The translations under genes were made by a program, and so were the position numbers. From Flectonema sp. DT1601 (lineage: Eukaryota), in NCBI GenBank assembly GCA_964019425.1, contig OZ025801.1:1116001-1180000 (forward strand): a DNA stretch of 64,000 nucleotides, read 5' to 3'. Numbering within the stretch: the first letter of the stretch is position 1; every line of letters starts with the position of its first letter. Under the pieces are notes generated by a model, which saw only the letters and a list, made by a program, of their open reading frames with translations, was not told the origin of the DNA and made no database searches. Of the stretch, positions 1 to 11,861 are shown piece after piece.

Positions 1-798
1 TCAGATTTTCCTTTTTTTTTTTTTTTTTTTTTAAATTTTATTTCATCACCATGGGCCGAGTGGAACATTGGTTTGTGTATTTACCCAAGCAATTTTATAT
101 TCTTTTTTTTTTTTTTTTTTTTTGTAGTAAGAATTAAAGAGAGAGGAAAAAAAAAAAAAAAAAAAAAAAAGAAATGAAGGGGCACCTGTTGACTTTGTTT
201 TCAAAGTGTTTCCCTTCATTAGGCAGGATCATTTGTAGGCGCCCTTCCTGAGTGAATCTATCCTTGTTTTTGTTACCTGTAATGGCTATCTCAATCGAGT
301 TTTTGGAAGAAAAAAAAAAGAGAATAATGAATAAGACAGTCTTTTTTTTTGCTTTTATTTTATTTTTTTGCGTTTACCCTTTCCTTTTATTTTATATTGA
401 GAGAAGATATTTACACTACTCCTCTCCCTCTCCCTTCACTCCCTCCCCTGATGATGACGGTTAGAGGTACATGGCCATCAGCATTGGTGCCTTCTACAGT
501 ATAAATGTTATATTTTCTTTTTTTCTTTTTTTTGTAAGTCACTTTTTTTTTTTTTTTTTTTTTGGAAAAGAATAATCAGCTAGCAGCGTCTAATCAAAGA
601 AAAACTGAATGCGGGATTTGATTTCTTGGTCTTGTTGAGTTATCCACGTGTAACACTTGGTAAGGTGCTGCTTTGGAACTTACTACATCCAGACACGAGG
701 TTCTCACGGGGTAAGCACGCTCATTAAAACCAATCAAAAGTTTCGGTCAGTCTGTTGGTTGCTTCTTCGTTGTGGAGAAGCTCTCCCACGTAACTCAG

Positions 799-830
<32 letters not shown>

Positions 831-2099
831 GTATTTCCAATTACGACTTACGACATGTTTACTGTTATTCTTCAGTGAGGTTTCTAAAGAATAGAGGGGA
901 AAAGAAATATGAAGAAAAACAAAAGAAATTGCTTCCCCCTTGATCCATCCTCCTCCCCTTTCCCTTAGTCTTTTCCCCGTTGTTTTTGGTAAGAAGAATT
1001 GTATTATTGAAAACCCGTTAGTTACTTCTGAGTTATCCTCTTTTTTATTTTTCTCGGATGTAAAAAAAAAAAAAAAACGTGTAGTTTTAATTATAACGTG
1101 CAACGACTGTGGGCACGTAAATTATAAATAAAATATTTAGTTTAGAAAATTGTTGAATTCACTTATTTAATTGAAGTAGCTATTTTGATTACACTCATTG
1201 TCCACTTTGTGTTGTTTTCTGTTACGTACTTATATTTAATTTAGACTAGCCTTGTGTCGTTGGATTAGGTGTTTGACGAGGCTCCCCCCCTCCTCTCCAC
1301 CCATTATTCCCGTATTTATCTAACAACGATAATATACAGATACAATTGCTATTGTTTTCTGTTGTAATAAAAAAAAAAAAAATTAAAAATTTTTTTTTTT
1401 TTTTTTTTTTCACCTTGCCCCTCCTCCACTACGAGATTGGTACACTTTTGTTGAGCTGCCTTTTGTAGCAAAAACAAGACAAAAAAAAAAAAAAGAAAAA
1501 AAAAAAAAACAACTAGCCTTGATAACTGCCCTCCCTCACAAAAAAAAAAAAAAACTTCGGAATCAATTTGCGGTTGTTTCTGGTTGGTGCATGAACAGCT
1601 AACTTGTGTAGGAATTTATTAATTGCTGTGTTCTGAGCAGAAAAAGAAAAATTCAAATTTATTTATTTGTCATTTCGAAGAGTGTATTGTTTTCCTCTTC
1701 TTAACCTCTTGAGTTTAGTGTTAGCTGTGCTAGTATTGACTTGACTAAATCTATAAGCGCGATTAATGAAATGGGCTCGAGAGAGTCTGTGGTTTTGCCT
1801 CACCCCCACCCCCCACACTGAAAACGGTATTGTTTTTGAGGTGTTTTGTCGCTTGGTCAGGGTTGCTTTTCTCCCTTCTCTGGAATCCTGTTCGGAAAAG
1901 GGCTGCTCTCTGAGTACCTCCATTCCCGTATTGTATTGTAGACGCAATTACTTGTTTCTTTTTCTGGAAAAAATTTACAAAACTATTCAGCCGCAATTCC
2001 ATGTTTCTGCGTCTCCCTCGGAGAAGGGTTCATTTTCCTCTCTTTGCATAGAATCACTTGATGTGTTTCTGCTATAAAATTTTCATCCAAACAAGAAAC

Positions 2100-2131
<32 letters not shown>

Positions 2132-2968
2132 ATTATGCTGCCGTAACGCCAAGCATCACCGTTAGATATTATTGCTTTGAGATTAGTGGCCAGAGGCTGT
2201 TTATACAACTATTCTGGGACTGTTTTAAAGTGTTTTCCTACCTGACGCTGTTGTATAATACAAGCTCAGGAATGACTGTGTGTATCAAATTATTCCTACA
2301 CACTTTATTTAGTATTTGCAAGAATCATGCGTTGAGATTATTTTTTTTGTTGCCAAATTGGTAAATAAACTCGTTAAAATAATAAATTAAAAAAAAAAAA
2401 AAAGGGTAACCTGTTTTTTTTTTCTTCTTTTTTTTTTTCCCTTCTTCTTTTCGGTACTGGGTGGTACAAAAACTTATTCTCTTTTTTATCCATTTATATT
2501 ACTGTCCAGCTACTAACTTATTAATACTTGTTTTTTTGCCTGTTGCCTAGTTTGCATTTTTTTCTTTCTCTTCCCCAAAATATTTTTTTTTTTTTTTTGG
2601 GGGGGTGAATTGTAGGCAATCAGCCGATAAAAAAAATGCCCCATTCCTTTGTTGTCAAAATTTTGTTTTTTTTTTCCTCAACGCAAAAAAAAAAAAAACC
2701 CTGAAAATTGTTTTTGATGCAAATGTCCATCCCTTCCCCAGTTGTTATTTTTTTTAATTTTTTTTTTTTTTGTTTGTTAATGTCTTCAGATAGAGCACAG
2801 CAGTAACGGAGGCAGAGTTCTACTTAACTGACGAGGTGCTCAATACTATTGCCCTGTTGCTTCAATATGTAGCAACTGCATATGGTTCTCTTTTTGGTAA
2901 TTGTCTATAGTCTTTGTCTATTATTACCACGGGGAGTGTCTCCTGATTAATATTTCTTTAATTTTTAT

Positions 2969-2999
<31 letters not shown>

Positions 3000-3936
3000 T
3001 GAATCATATTGAAGTACCTTTGTTTATTCTTACAGATCTCCTTGGCGGCACAGATTTACACGACTAGTGAGATGAATCTTTTATTTGGAAGTTAATTGCT
3101 TAACAAACTAGAGGAACGTCTTTTTTCAGGTTGTGTTTTTTTACTTTTCTTATTTACGAATGTGGAAGTTGGAGCTGTAAATTTACACACACGTGTATTA
3201 AGTTATTTCACTTGTTTTTTTTTCTTCTTTTTTTTCTTTTTTCTTTCCAATTGTCATACTATTCGGTACCTCTCCTCCCCCTTGCCTTCGTGATTAACAA
3301 TAGCACTAAGTTTACGTGTAGTGGTGCTTATAAATGTAGCAGTTTGTTGTGTGGTTTCTCACTTCAAGATGCTTCAGGATGTTATTATCACTGTGTCGTT
3401 TTATATGTGGGTTATATCGTGTCTGAGTAAGTTATGCTTTCGTTTCTTTTTTCAAAGCATCCCTCGCCACCTTTATTGCCAGTTGCATTTTTCTTTTTTC
3501 GATACAAAAAATAAAACACATTTTTTATTATTAAAAAAAAAAAGAAGGGAAATAAGGCCTCCCAAAAGTCACAAGCGACTGCAAGAAATATTGTCATTTT
3601 TTTTCTTTTCTTCTTCACCTTTGCATGGGGGTATAAAAACACTCTTGCAATCTTCTTCTCATCCCGTTGTGTCTACCCTTGTTGTTATTTTTTTAGTTTT
3701 TCTTTTTTCTTTTTGGTTCTTGCATGTCAGTCGCTCGAAGTAAAGAAGGGGAGGGGAGGAAATTGTAGCATTTTTATTGTCAAAAAAAACCTTTTTTCAA
3801 AAAAAAAAAGGAAAGAAAAAATATATATATTAGTCGTGTGAATGAACGAACGAATGAAAAACAGTTTGGAATGGTCGGCTGCTTTTTTTTTTACATCAAA
3901 TAAATCACTTTTAGTAACAGGATTCTTATAGGAAAA

Positions 3937-4890
3937 ATGAAAATTTCGACTTCAGCTGTCGCCCTCACACTGCTATCAGCAGTAACGGGAATGCAGGTAG
4001 TTAGTAACGTAACAATTGGTTATGGTTCGAGTGTTTCAACACACGATGGGAAGATCTTCGTTGCAGGAGCAGCGATAACTGACGGAACAGCATCTCTCGA
4101 AGTATTGCAGTTAAAGAATGGAACTGCAATGAAAATCGCATCAATTGGAGTCTGCAGAACTCCAGTTAGCGGGATTTCAGGTGTCGTTGCAAATGATGAC
4201 AACATCTTCGTAGCCTGTCCGACAGCATTACAGGCTCTTAGTTCTCAAGCTATCCCAAGAAGTGAAGCATCTTACCTCGCAGCTATGCACTTCTCTTTAT
4301 CAATATCACTGAAGTCAGACATCATTTTCGCAGGCACTGCAGGTGGGATCGAACTTCTAAAACTTTCAACCGACAACGAAAATGATAAGATTCGTAAGAT
4401 ATCTTCACTCCCGGGTACTTCAGGTGATGTGTTCTGTGCTGGAGGATCAACTCTTGCCGTCACTGCCGGAAGTAAAGAAGTTTCTATTTTTGATGTCAGT
4501 GATGTTGCTGCACCGATGAGAATTTCTTCTGTTGAGGTACCAAACTTATTTGCAGGTAACAGTGCAAGCTTATCTGATGATGAAAAGACTGTTGTCATTG
4601 GAGGAGCTGGGATGTGTTTTGCTGTAGTTGACATATCTAACCCAAGCAAACCATTACTAACGGGTACTATCTCAGGAGGTAATGGTTTATCTGTTGTAAT
4701 TGATGGTTCTGTTGCTTATGCTGCTTGTTCTGGGGAAGGTCCAAAAGTTCATAAAATTGATATTTCTGACTTACACAATCCAACGATCATCTCAACTCTT
4801 TCATTCCCTAACATCATTGAAGGTTTAGCACTTGATGGTGACTTCTTGTTTATAACTACTTCTAATCAATTGATAGCTATCAGCGTATAG
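3937..4890 (+). CDS. Secreted LVIVD-repeat (beta-propeller-like) protein
   Basis: 317-aa ORF with an N-terminal signal-like stretch and repeated motifs VSIFDVSDVAAP, AVVDISNPSKP and KIDISDLHNP, typical of LVIVD repeats. Confidence 0.7.
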   Translation: MKISTSAVALTLLSAVTGMQVVSNVTIGYGSSVSTHDGKIFVAGAAITDGTASLEVLQLKNGTAMKIASIGVCRTPVSGISGVVANDDNIFVACPTALQALSSQAIPRSEASYLAAMHFSLSISLKSDIIFAGTAGGIELLKLSTDNENDKIRKISSLPGTSGDVFCAGGSTLAVTAGSKEVSIFDVSDVAAPMRISSVEVPNLFAGNSASLSDDEKTVVIGGAGMCFAVVDISNPSKPLLTGTISGGNGLSVVIDGSVAYAACSGEGPKVHKIDISDLHNPTIISTLSFPNIIEGLALDGDFLFITTSNQLIAISV

Positions 4891-5636
4891 AAACTAGATT
4901 GAGAACTGATTAATCAAAGACGGTTGTTTTCACTGCTGCTGTCGACTGGATGTCAAAAGAATTACTTTTATTTCAACTATGTTGATTCTAATCGGAAAGC
5001 GAACACAGATCTTATTCTTAATTCGCTGTGTGTCTAATTGAGTAGGCATAATCTTGACAACCCAGTCTGCCAGACTGTCAACAAGAATGCTAATCCGTGC
5101 TTCTTCAGCTCAGATGGTTTCTTTAGTGTGTTTGCTGTTTTCTTTTTTTTCTTTTAAAATTGATGAGAAAGTTCAAAACGAATATTACTTTCGGTTTTCA
5201 TACCTTCGATCATTAATTCTTGTTGGCTGACTGTCTGACGTTGAAAACTACATCGAGCGAACTAAATTCTGACGTAGCTCTTTGTCACATTGACGTTGAA
5301 AAATAGTCGTTCATTTTTTGAGTAAAATAATATAAGGGTGGCGTATTGTTGACATGTAAAGGTTGATTTTTAGTCCCCAAAATAAAAAAGAGAACTGTTT
5401 TGACTGGTCACTTGAATAGTTAAAAAGACGGTTTTGCTTGATTAGATTTTTTTTCTTCGCAGAGACGGAGGACTCATAAATCTTATTTGTGATATTGTCT
5501 CGTCTGAACAATTCAGTTCAAAAATAAGAAATTGTTGCCTTGCCCCATCGTTTATAAAACACAGCGCAATCTGATGCAGGAGTAACACCAACTGGGTTGA
5601 GTATATTAATTAACCACCACAGTTACACTTCAATAA

Positions 5637-5830
5637 TGTCTTCTATCGAAAACGATCAAAAGGAAGCAACCAAACTAAGCCGAACATCGTGCTGTCTGCT
5701 GGGCACTGCCTCAGGTGCTATTGTAGGCGGGGTGTCTGGAGCCATATTGGGAATAAAAGTTGCGAAAGCGCAGATGTCGGCAAAACTTACGGCGGTGTTG
5801 GGTCACAAGCTTGCTGGTTTTTTTACCTGA
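5637..5830 (+). CDS. Possible small glycine-zipper membrane protein
   Basis: ORF from ATG near 5637 (MSSIEND...) with GTASGAIVGGVSGAILG; short, so coding status is uncertain. Confidence 0.3.
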
Positions 5831-6085
5831 ATAAGTCATTTCAAAGTCGGTAGCAACTTATTTAATGCAGCGATTAGACACCATTCACAGTAGACACGTC
5901 CTCAGTTGTCCTCAAGCGGGTGGTAGCGGAGACAGAAACGACATATTTTTCTTCAATTAAACCTTGGTTGCGAGGTTTCGTATTACCTCTTCCTCGTTGC
6001 AGTTACGCGACCGTACTAAAGTGAGATCTCTGGTGGATGTCTTATCTTTCTATTTTTTCTTTTCAGTGCCCCTCCCTCACAGGAT

Positions 6086-7807
6086 ATGGCAACCCGTAAA
6101 AATACAGTCGCTCGTTTCAAGGTGGGCGAACTTACATATTGTCGGTATGTTAAGGGAGGGGACACATACGCGACAGTTGAGGGGTATGAATTTGATGATA
6201 GTGAGTACACGTGGAAAGTTAAAGTTGATAAGAAAACAAACAAAAGATACTACGTCAGCATGGGAGGCTACGGGAAGAGATGGTTGCTGCCAGAGAGATA
6301 TCCTCCTGGAGGGAGCAATCAGCAGGCTGAGAAAACTTCATCTGTTGGCTTTAATAACATTGCACCAACTAGTCCTTTGAGTCCGATGACCTTCGATAAA
6401 GAAGGCGAAGACGACGGGACGATAATGTCGCTAATCGATCTTTATAAACAGCGCCTGGCTTTCAATCCTGGTGAGCAAACAGTTGACCTCCCTCCGGAAC
6501 TCATTGATTCTATAGCAGCGCACCTCTCTACAGTTGTTGGTGAAGTTCGACTCCCGTCGGAGTCAATTTTATCAGTCATCTTATCAGCTGGATATTACCT
6601 AAAGAAACGAATCCGCCAAGGTAGTTCAATACATAACTTGATAGATTCTACCGTGCAAAAGCTGGCGTATGCTGTAGCCGCAGATGTGAAAGCTAATGTT
6701 GCTTCATCACCTTTTGTAGAATGCTATACGAAGATAACGTACCTGACTTCAATAAATGAAAGTATTGCAAGCGTTGTTGATGAACAGACCGCAGATATAG
6801 AAATAATAAAAAGAAATATCGAACTACGCAAAGTCGAGAGAAAACGTGCAGCAACAAAACTACTAACCTGGAAGAACCGATGCGTTGACGTCGATAAAGA
6901 GGTCGTTGAGGCTGCGACAAAGGGATCTACCATATCAAATAATGTAGCAGCTTACTTATCAAGTATTAGAAGTGTGAATGATGTTGTGATGAATAAGTTT
7001 CCAACTGATGCTCAAACCTGCACTGCACAAATAGAAAGATTAAATGCTCAACTGCAAGATGGTTGTCAGCAATCAAAAGCTCTTCAAAGTTCTTATAAAA
7101 AGTTAAGACAATCTCGTGACTCTTTACGTTCTTCACTCGACACGATGTCAACCGAACACTGCGATTGCGATTGCGCTGATCGATGTGATGATGAAGGAAG
7201 TTTCACAACGTTGTCACGACCTAACTCAGACGTTCTATTACTGGAACAGGTTGCAATGCAACGCGAAGAAAACGAACGACTGAAGGCTCGCCTCGCAGCT
7301 GCTGAACAACTAATTCACGAAAATGAGTTTCAAAAACGAGCAGAAAACAAAGCACGAGATCAGGAAATGGAAGCCTTGCGATCGAATTTACTGAAAGCAA
7401 AAGGTAAAGTAAAAAGTGTACAAACTGACCTTGACGGTGATGCCTTTGAAGGAACTGTTATCAGCGAAGGTGATAGAAAGTCAATTTTAGATATCATTCA
7501 AAGACAGAAACAACTCGTAGAAACACTTTCTCTAACACAAGATGATGAATCCCCCGACTCGGATCCATCGCAGTCGGAGATGCTTCAAAAGTGTCTCACT
7601 GCTGCTCATACAAAAATTAAATCTCAGCGAGAGCAGATCCGTGAACTGAAATCCCTTCTCTCTGTCACACTCGACCTGAAAGAGTCAGCAGATGATCCAG
7701 TGAGAGCACTTATAAATGCGACTTCACCTCTTCATATGCGCTTTGAACAAGATTCTAGTGACCCAGTCTTACTGGATATATCTCCGATTGGAAGTCAAAA
7801 TCCCTGA
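6086..7807 (+). CDS. Hypothetical coiled-coil protein
   Basis: 573-aa ORF preceded by a pyrimidine tract and AG; long heptad-like E/Q/K/L segments. Confidence 0.75.
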   Translation: MATRKNTVARFKVGELTYCRYVKGGDTYATVEGYEFDDSEYTWKVKVDKKTNKRYYVSMGGYGKRWLLPERYPPGGSNQQAEKTSSVGFNNIAPTSPLSPMTFDKEGEDDGTIMSLIDLYKQRLAFNPGEQTVDLPPELIDSIAAHLSTVVGEVRLPSESILSVILSAGYYLKKRIRQGSSIHNLIDSTVQKLAYAVAADVKANVASSPFVECYTKITYLTSINESIASVVDEQTADIEIIKRNIELRKVERKRAATKLLTWKNRCVDVDKEVVEAATKGSTISNNVAAYLSSIRSVNDVVMNKFPTDAQTCTAQIERLNAQLQDGCQQSKALQSSYKKLRQSRDSLRSSLDTMSTEHCDCDCADRCDDEGSFTTLSRPNSDVLLLEQVAMQREENERLKARLAAAEQLIHENEFQKRAENKARDQEMEALRSNLLKAKGKVKSVQTDLDGDAFEGTVISEGDRKSILDIIQRQKQLVETLSLTQDDESPDSDPSQSEMLQKCLTAAHTKIKSQREQIRELKSLLSVTLDLKESADDPVRALINATSPLHMRFEQDSSDPVLLDISPIGSQNP

Positions 7808-8473
7808 GTGAAGTTACTTTGGAGGCCTCACGAAGAATTGCTGAAGACCTTTTTCGCAAAAACCATAGAAAGAAACGAAAGCCTTCATAGCATTCTGAGT
7901 ATCCTCAGTTATTGGATGAGGTGATAATATATTAGTGCAGCGAGTCAACTGCTGTTGCCTATTTCTTGTTTCTCGTTTTTTTTTTTTTTTTGTTTCGTTG
8001 ATTAAGTTACGATGGATTAATTTACTTATTATTTTTCCCTTTTTGATCCCAATCAACTGAAAACCATTCATAAGACGACATACAAGTCTTAGAAATTACG
8101 TTTTGGAACAGCTGTTCCTATTTTGTATTCTGTAGTTAGCAAACTACAATTAGTTGTTATTATATTTATTTTATTAGAAACATTTCCCGGAGATTATTGA
8201 AAAAAAAAACATCAATTAGTCAAGTCTTCAGTCTTTCGAAGATTGTGTTGAGTTCGTACTTCTTGAATTATGTTTTCCCCTTTCTTTAGATTACTTGATC
8301 TCTTGTGGGCCTTTTAGTTCTGTTTACAACTTTGTGTGCGTCTTGTTTTATTTATTTAGATGTGTGGTGTTATTTATTATTATTTATTACAGGAATCTGT
8401 TGAGAGTAGTGACAGTTGTGGGAATCAAGGATATCTTTATTTCTAATCAAGGACTGGTCAATCCCAACAATAG

Positions 8474-9219
8474 ATGGCAACAATGTCAACAGACGAAAGG
8501 TTAGCGAGATCCTTGCAGGCCGGGGAATATATTAAAGCTAGACAGCAAGCACACCGACACAGACATCCTAACCCGCACCAGCAACAACAACAGCGACAGG
8601 GAAATGGAGAACAAATTAATGAGTTTCACAGGCAGCTACGTCATCAGAGAACGAGGCTGCATGAAGCAGAACAGAGAGACCGACCACACAGCAGCGGTAG
8701 TAGACCTCATGGTCAGGTCCCACAAGTAGCTTTAGAGAGGATGTTACAATTGATGGCAAACCCTCGTTTTCAACAACAACATCGCAACTCTTCTCATACT
8801 CATCACCAGATTATGCTTATACCTCTTTCACAGATGTTGCGAACAGGAATTCTCAGAAGGCGTCAACCCCGCGGAGCCAACTCAGAACAGATAGAAGATA
8901 ACTCTGGTAAGTTTGTGCTACAAGACAAAGAAAAGCTCACCGATGAAAACAAAAGCTGCACCGTCTGTCTGATGGAATTTGAAAACGGAGAGGAACTTCG
9001 TGCTCTCCCCTGCCTTCATCTTTTCCATCCTGATTGTGTTGATAGATGGCTGCAGCAAAATCCAAAATGTCCAACTTGTAGGGTTTGTATTTTTAATTTG
9101 TTTGGAATGAGAATACCCATTGCCTTAGCCTTACGTAGTATAAGAAACAAAAGCAAAAATAACGAAAACAGGCTGACCTTGTTGGGAACGCACAAAATGC
9201 AAATGCATCCGGTGGCTGA
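8474..9219 (+). CDS. RING-H2 E3 ubiquitin ligase (exons 8474-9082, 9172-9219)
   Basis: CTVCLMEF...LPCLHLFHPDCVDRWL...CPTCR. Removing intron 9083-9171 (GTTTGT...AAAACAG) gives the typical ending CPTCRADLV. Confidence 0.85.
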
Positions 9220-9899
9220 ATAAGTACGTTTGTTAATTTAACCTGATAGTTGTGGTCGGTTGTGTTCTATTTCTATTTTGTCTTCTTTGCTTGTCTTCAT
9301 CTTTGGATGGTTGGGTGCAATTTTATTTCTTACCCTTTTGCACGTAGTGTTGCTACTTGGCACCCCAGAACACTTTCCTGTTTCAGTTTCCAATGAGCCA
9401 AGGTCTGTACTCTTCGCTAGTAGTCTTCGTTGTTTGTTTAGTTTTGTTTTTTTTAAAAACAGTGATTTTCGTTTTATTTCTTTGTTCCCTTCTCTCTCTA
9501 ATCCTCTATTCAGTAACCTGGTAGATTTAAAGTAATGAACCTATCGATAACATTAAAGTGAAACGCAACACTAGTTGGTTTCTAATGTCTTGCCTACTAA
9601 AAGATAACAATAACGGTTGTAATATTCTTGCTTGTTCTTAACAAAAAGGGTCTTCCGTAGCTTTCGCTGCGAGTGACTTATTAACTTCCGCAAGGATTCT
9701 TTTATTATTTATTATTTTTTTCTTTTTGCTTGCATCTGACACGCAGTCAACGGTAATGAAAAAAGTGACAGCAAACATACGAACCGTCTCTTTATCTTCA
9801 AACAGGTGAACATAATGACTTAACAATTGGAAATGTTTTTTTTATCTGTGATTGTTCAAAACGACGCTTCCACATAATCGTATTTTTATACCACCAGAA

Positions 9900-11450
9900 A
9901 TGTTGAAGAGCGGGGAGGTAGAAGATGAGCTTCCCCCAGTTAGAAATATCGTCTACGAGTTATTCAATGAGAATGTACCGACAAGACTACCTGAAGTTAA
10001 AGGGAGGAGACTAACTGTTAGCGATCTTGTTAAGGAAGTGTTATTTCAAAATGAGAGGAGCGCTCGAACTGGGTTGGGTAGATTATTATTAAAAAAGGAA
10101 ACTCTTTGTATTATCAGTGATGCTTTCTGGTGGGTATTCTTAAGATTCGTATCTGACAGTACTGAACCTGTTGTTGATGAGCTCAGACCGAAAACACCAC
10201 CGAGACCACCGAGTAGGATGCGAGATAAGAAAAGTTCTGGAACACCACTTCCTCTTCATATGTACCAACAGACACTTCCAGCAGTACCAAGATCTATTGA
10301 CTTATTAAGTAGAGTAGCAGCACCAGGTTCTATTCAAAATGGAATACCGACAGAAGATATCTGTTCTTGCGTTAGTAGCCCGAGAGCTGGTGATCGTGAA
10401 GGTGATTCTACCGCTCACTCGCTAGTGTCAGAACCTGATTCTTGTAAAACTGTTTTGAGTGCCGGTGGAATGCTAACTCCAAGACCACCTCCAAAGAATA
10501 GTTCAAGCAGACTAACACTAGCTGCATCCTCTGGAAGTATTAAAATACCATCTCCTGCATATCGATCTCAACAGACTGACGGAGAACATGCTGATGAAAC
10601 AATCTCTCTCTCAGAAATATCTCAAATGCCTCCTTTCGAAAGGGAGGATTTGATATCTGACGAAGAGCAGCTTCGTTACAATCGAATATCCAGAAATTAT
10701 ATTAAAATAGTCGAGTCTATCTGTAAAGTACAGCCAGCAGCGCTACAGGATATGTACTACACGCAATATCCTGACATAGTTGCGCAGGTTATTTGCTTGG
10801 GAATGTTTAAGGCAAGCCTCCCTACTCCACCCTCCATTAAGAGAGAAGTTCTTGGCTACACTACTTATTGGATGTCTGGTGTTCAAAGAAAGGACATCAG
10901 TAGTTGGAAAATTGGAAAATTTTTGGGAAAACGACATCAAAAAAAAACTGTCTCTGCGTCTGGTAGGAAGCCGATGCCACCTCAAAGTTTGTCAACGACA
11001 GAAAATAGTCCTGGAACGGGACTCGAACTGGAGGAGCTTTCGAAAGAATTAGAGAACATGAAAACAGAAGCACAAACAGCATTTAATAAGAAGATGAGAG
11101 CAACAAAACTTGGAGTAGACAACGACAGAAGTACAGAAGAGTTGCCAAAGAGAATACTTCCTCTTGACAGAGGTCATGTTTCAGTCATGGGAACCGTAAA
11201 GAAACTTCGTCCCCTTCAGCCCCGCGTAGTCAGTCTTCTGAGAGGTCTTCGAAGAAATAAAAGCACCCCAGCCTGGTTTGAATTTGGCCGCGTCGGTTTT
11301 CGGAAAAAAGCAGCCAAAGTCGGTGTTGGCAACTTCTGCACAACAGACTACTCTCCCTTAGTACAGCATGCTTTAATGCGGCGATTGGAATTCTCTTTTG
11401 TAAAACCTGCTGACATGCTTTGGTCTTGTCACGATGACGCTGATGAATAA
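9900..11450 (+). CDS. FAM227-like (FWWh-domain) protein
   Basis: First ATG at 9900; motifs ISDAFWWVF and YYTQYPDIVAQVI resemble the FAM227/FWWh family. Confidence 0.6.
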   Translation: MLKSGEVEDELPPVRNIVYELFNENVPTRLPEVKGRRLTVSDLVKEVLFQNERSARTGLGRLLLKKETLCIISDAFWWVFLRFVSDSTEPVVDELRPKTPPRPPSRMRDKKSSGTPLPLHMYQQTLPAVPRSIDLLSRVAAPGSIQNGIPTEDICSCVSSPRAGDREGDSTAHSLVSEPDSCKTVLSAGGMLTPRPPPKNSSSRLTLAASSGSIKIPSPAYRSQQTDGEHADETISLSEISQMPPFEREDLISDEEQLRYNRISRNYIKIVESICKVQPAALQDMYYTQYPDIVAQVICLGMFKASLPTPPSIKREVLGYTTYWMSGVQRKDISSWKIGKFLGKRHQKKTVSASGRKPMPPQSLSTTENSPGTGLELEELSKELENMKTEAQTAFNKKMRATKLGVDNDRSTEELPKRILPLDRGHVSVMGTVKKLRPLQPRVVSLLRGLRRNKSTPAWFEFGRVGFRKKAAKVGVGNFCTTDYSPLVQHALMRRLEFSFVKPADMLWSCHDDADE

Positions 11451-11861
11451 TATCAGCGTCATCAATAAGTCTGATTGCCTGTTGCCCTCTGGTAGCCGCA
11501 GTGATGTGTCTCTGCGTCGATATTATTATTATTATTAAAATCTGTTTCGATAGTTTCTTACTCACCTCAAGTGCTTAACCTCCCGTAGACACAGTAATGT
11601 GTTTGGGGACTTTTTTTATGATATTCGATCGTTACGTAATGTGCTGGGAAATCATCACATCACGGGAGAGAGGGAGGGAGTGTTGAAATGTAATCTTGCA
11701 GCGAATACTCCTTTCTATCTTTTCTATCCTTTCCATTCTTAATATTGTTATGTTCTTATAGTTTACCAACTCTCTTTAGTTTACTGTAACGAGGCGTTCA
11801 TAATCCTCAACAAAAGAAATTCCAATCCTATTTTATACCTCACCAGAATACAAATACCAAA

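Noticed and set aside
252..3743. Many short F/K-rich ORFs (also at 17.4-24.6 kb and 43.3-45.7 kb)
   Set aside because: Products of poly-T and poly-A runs with alternative starts; no protein-like features.
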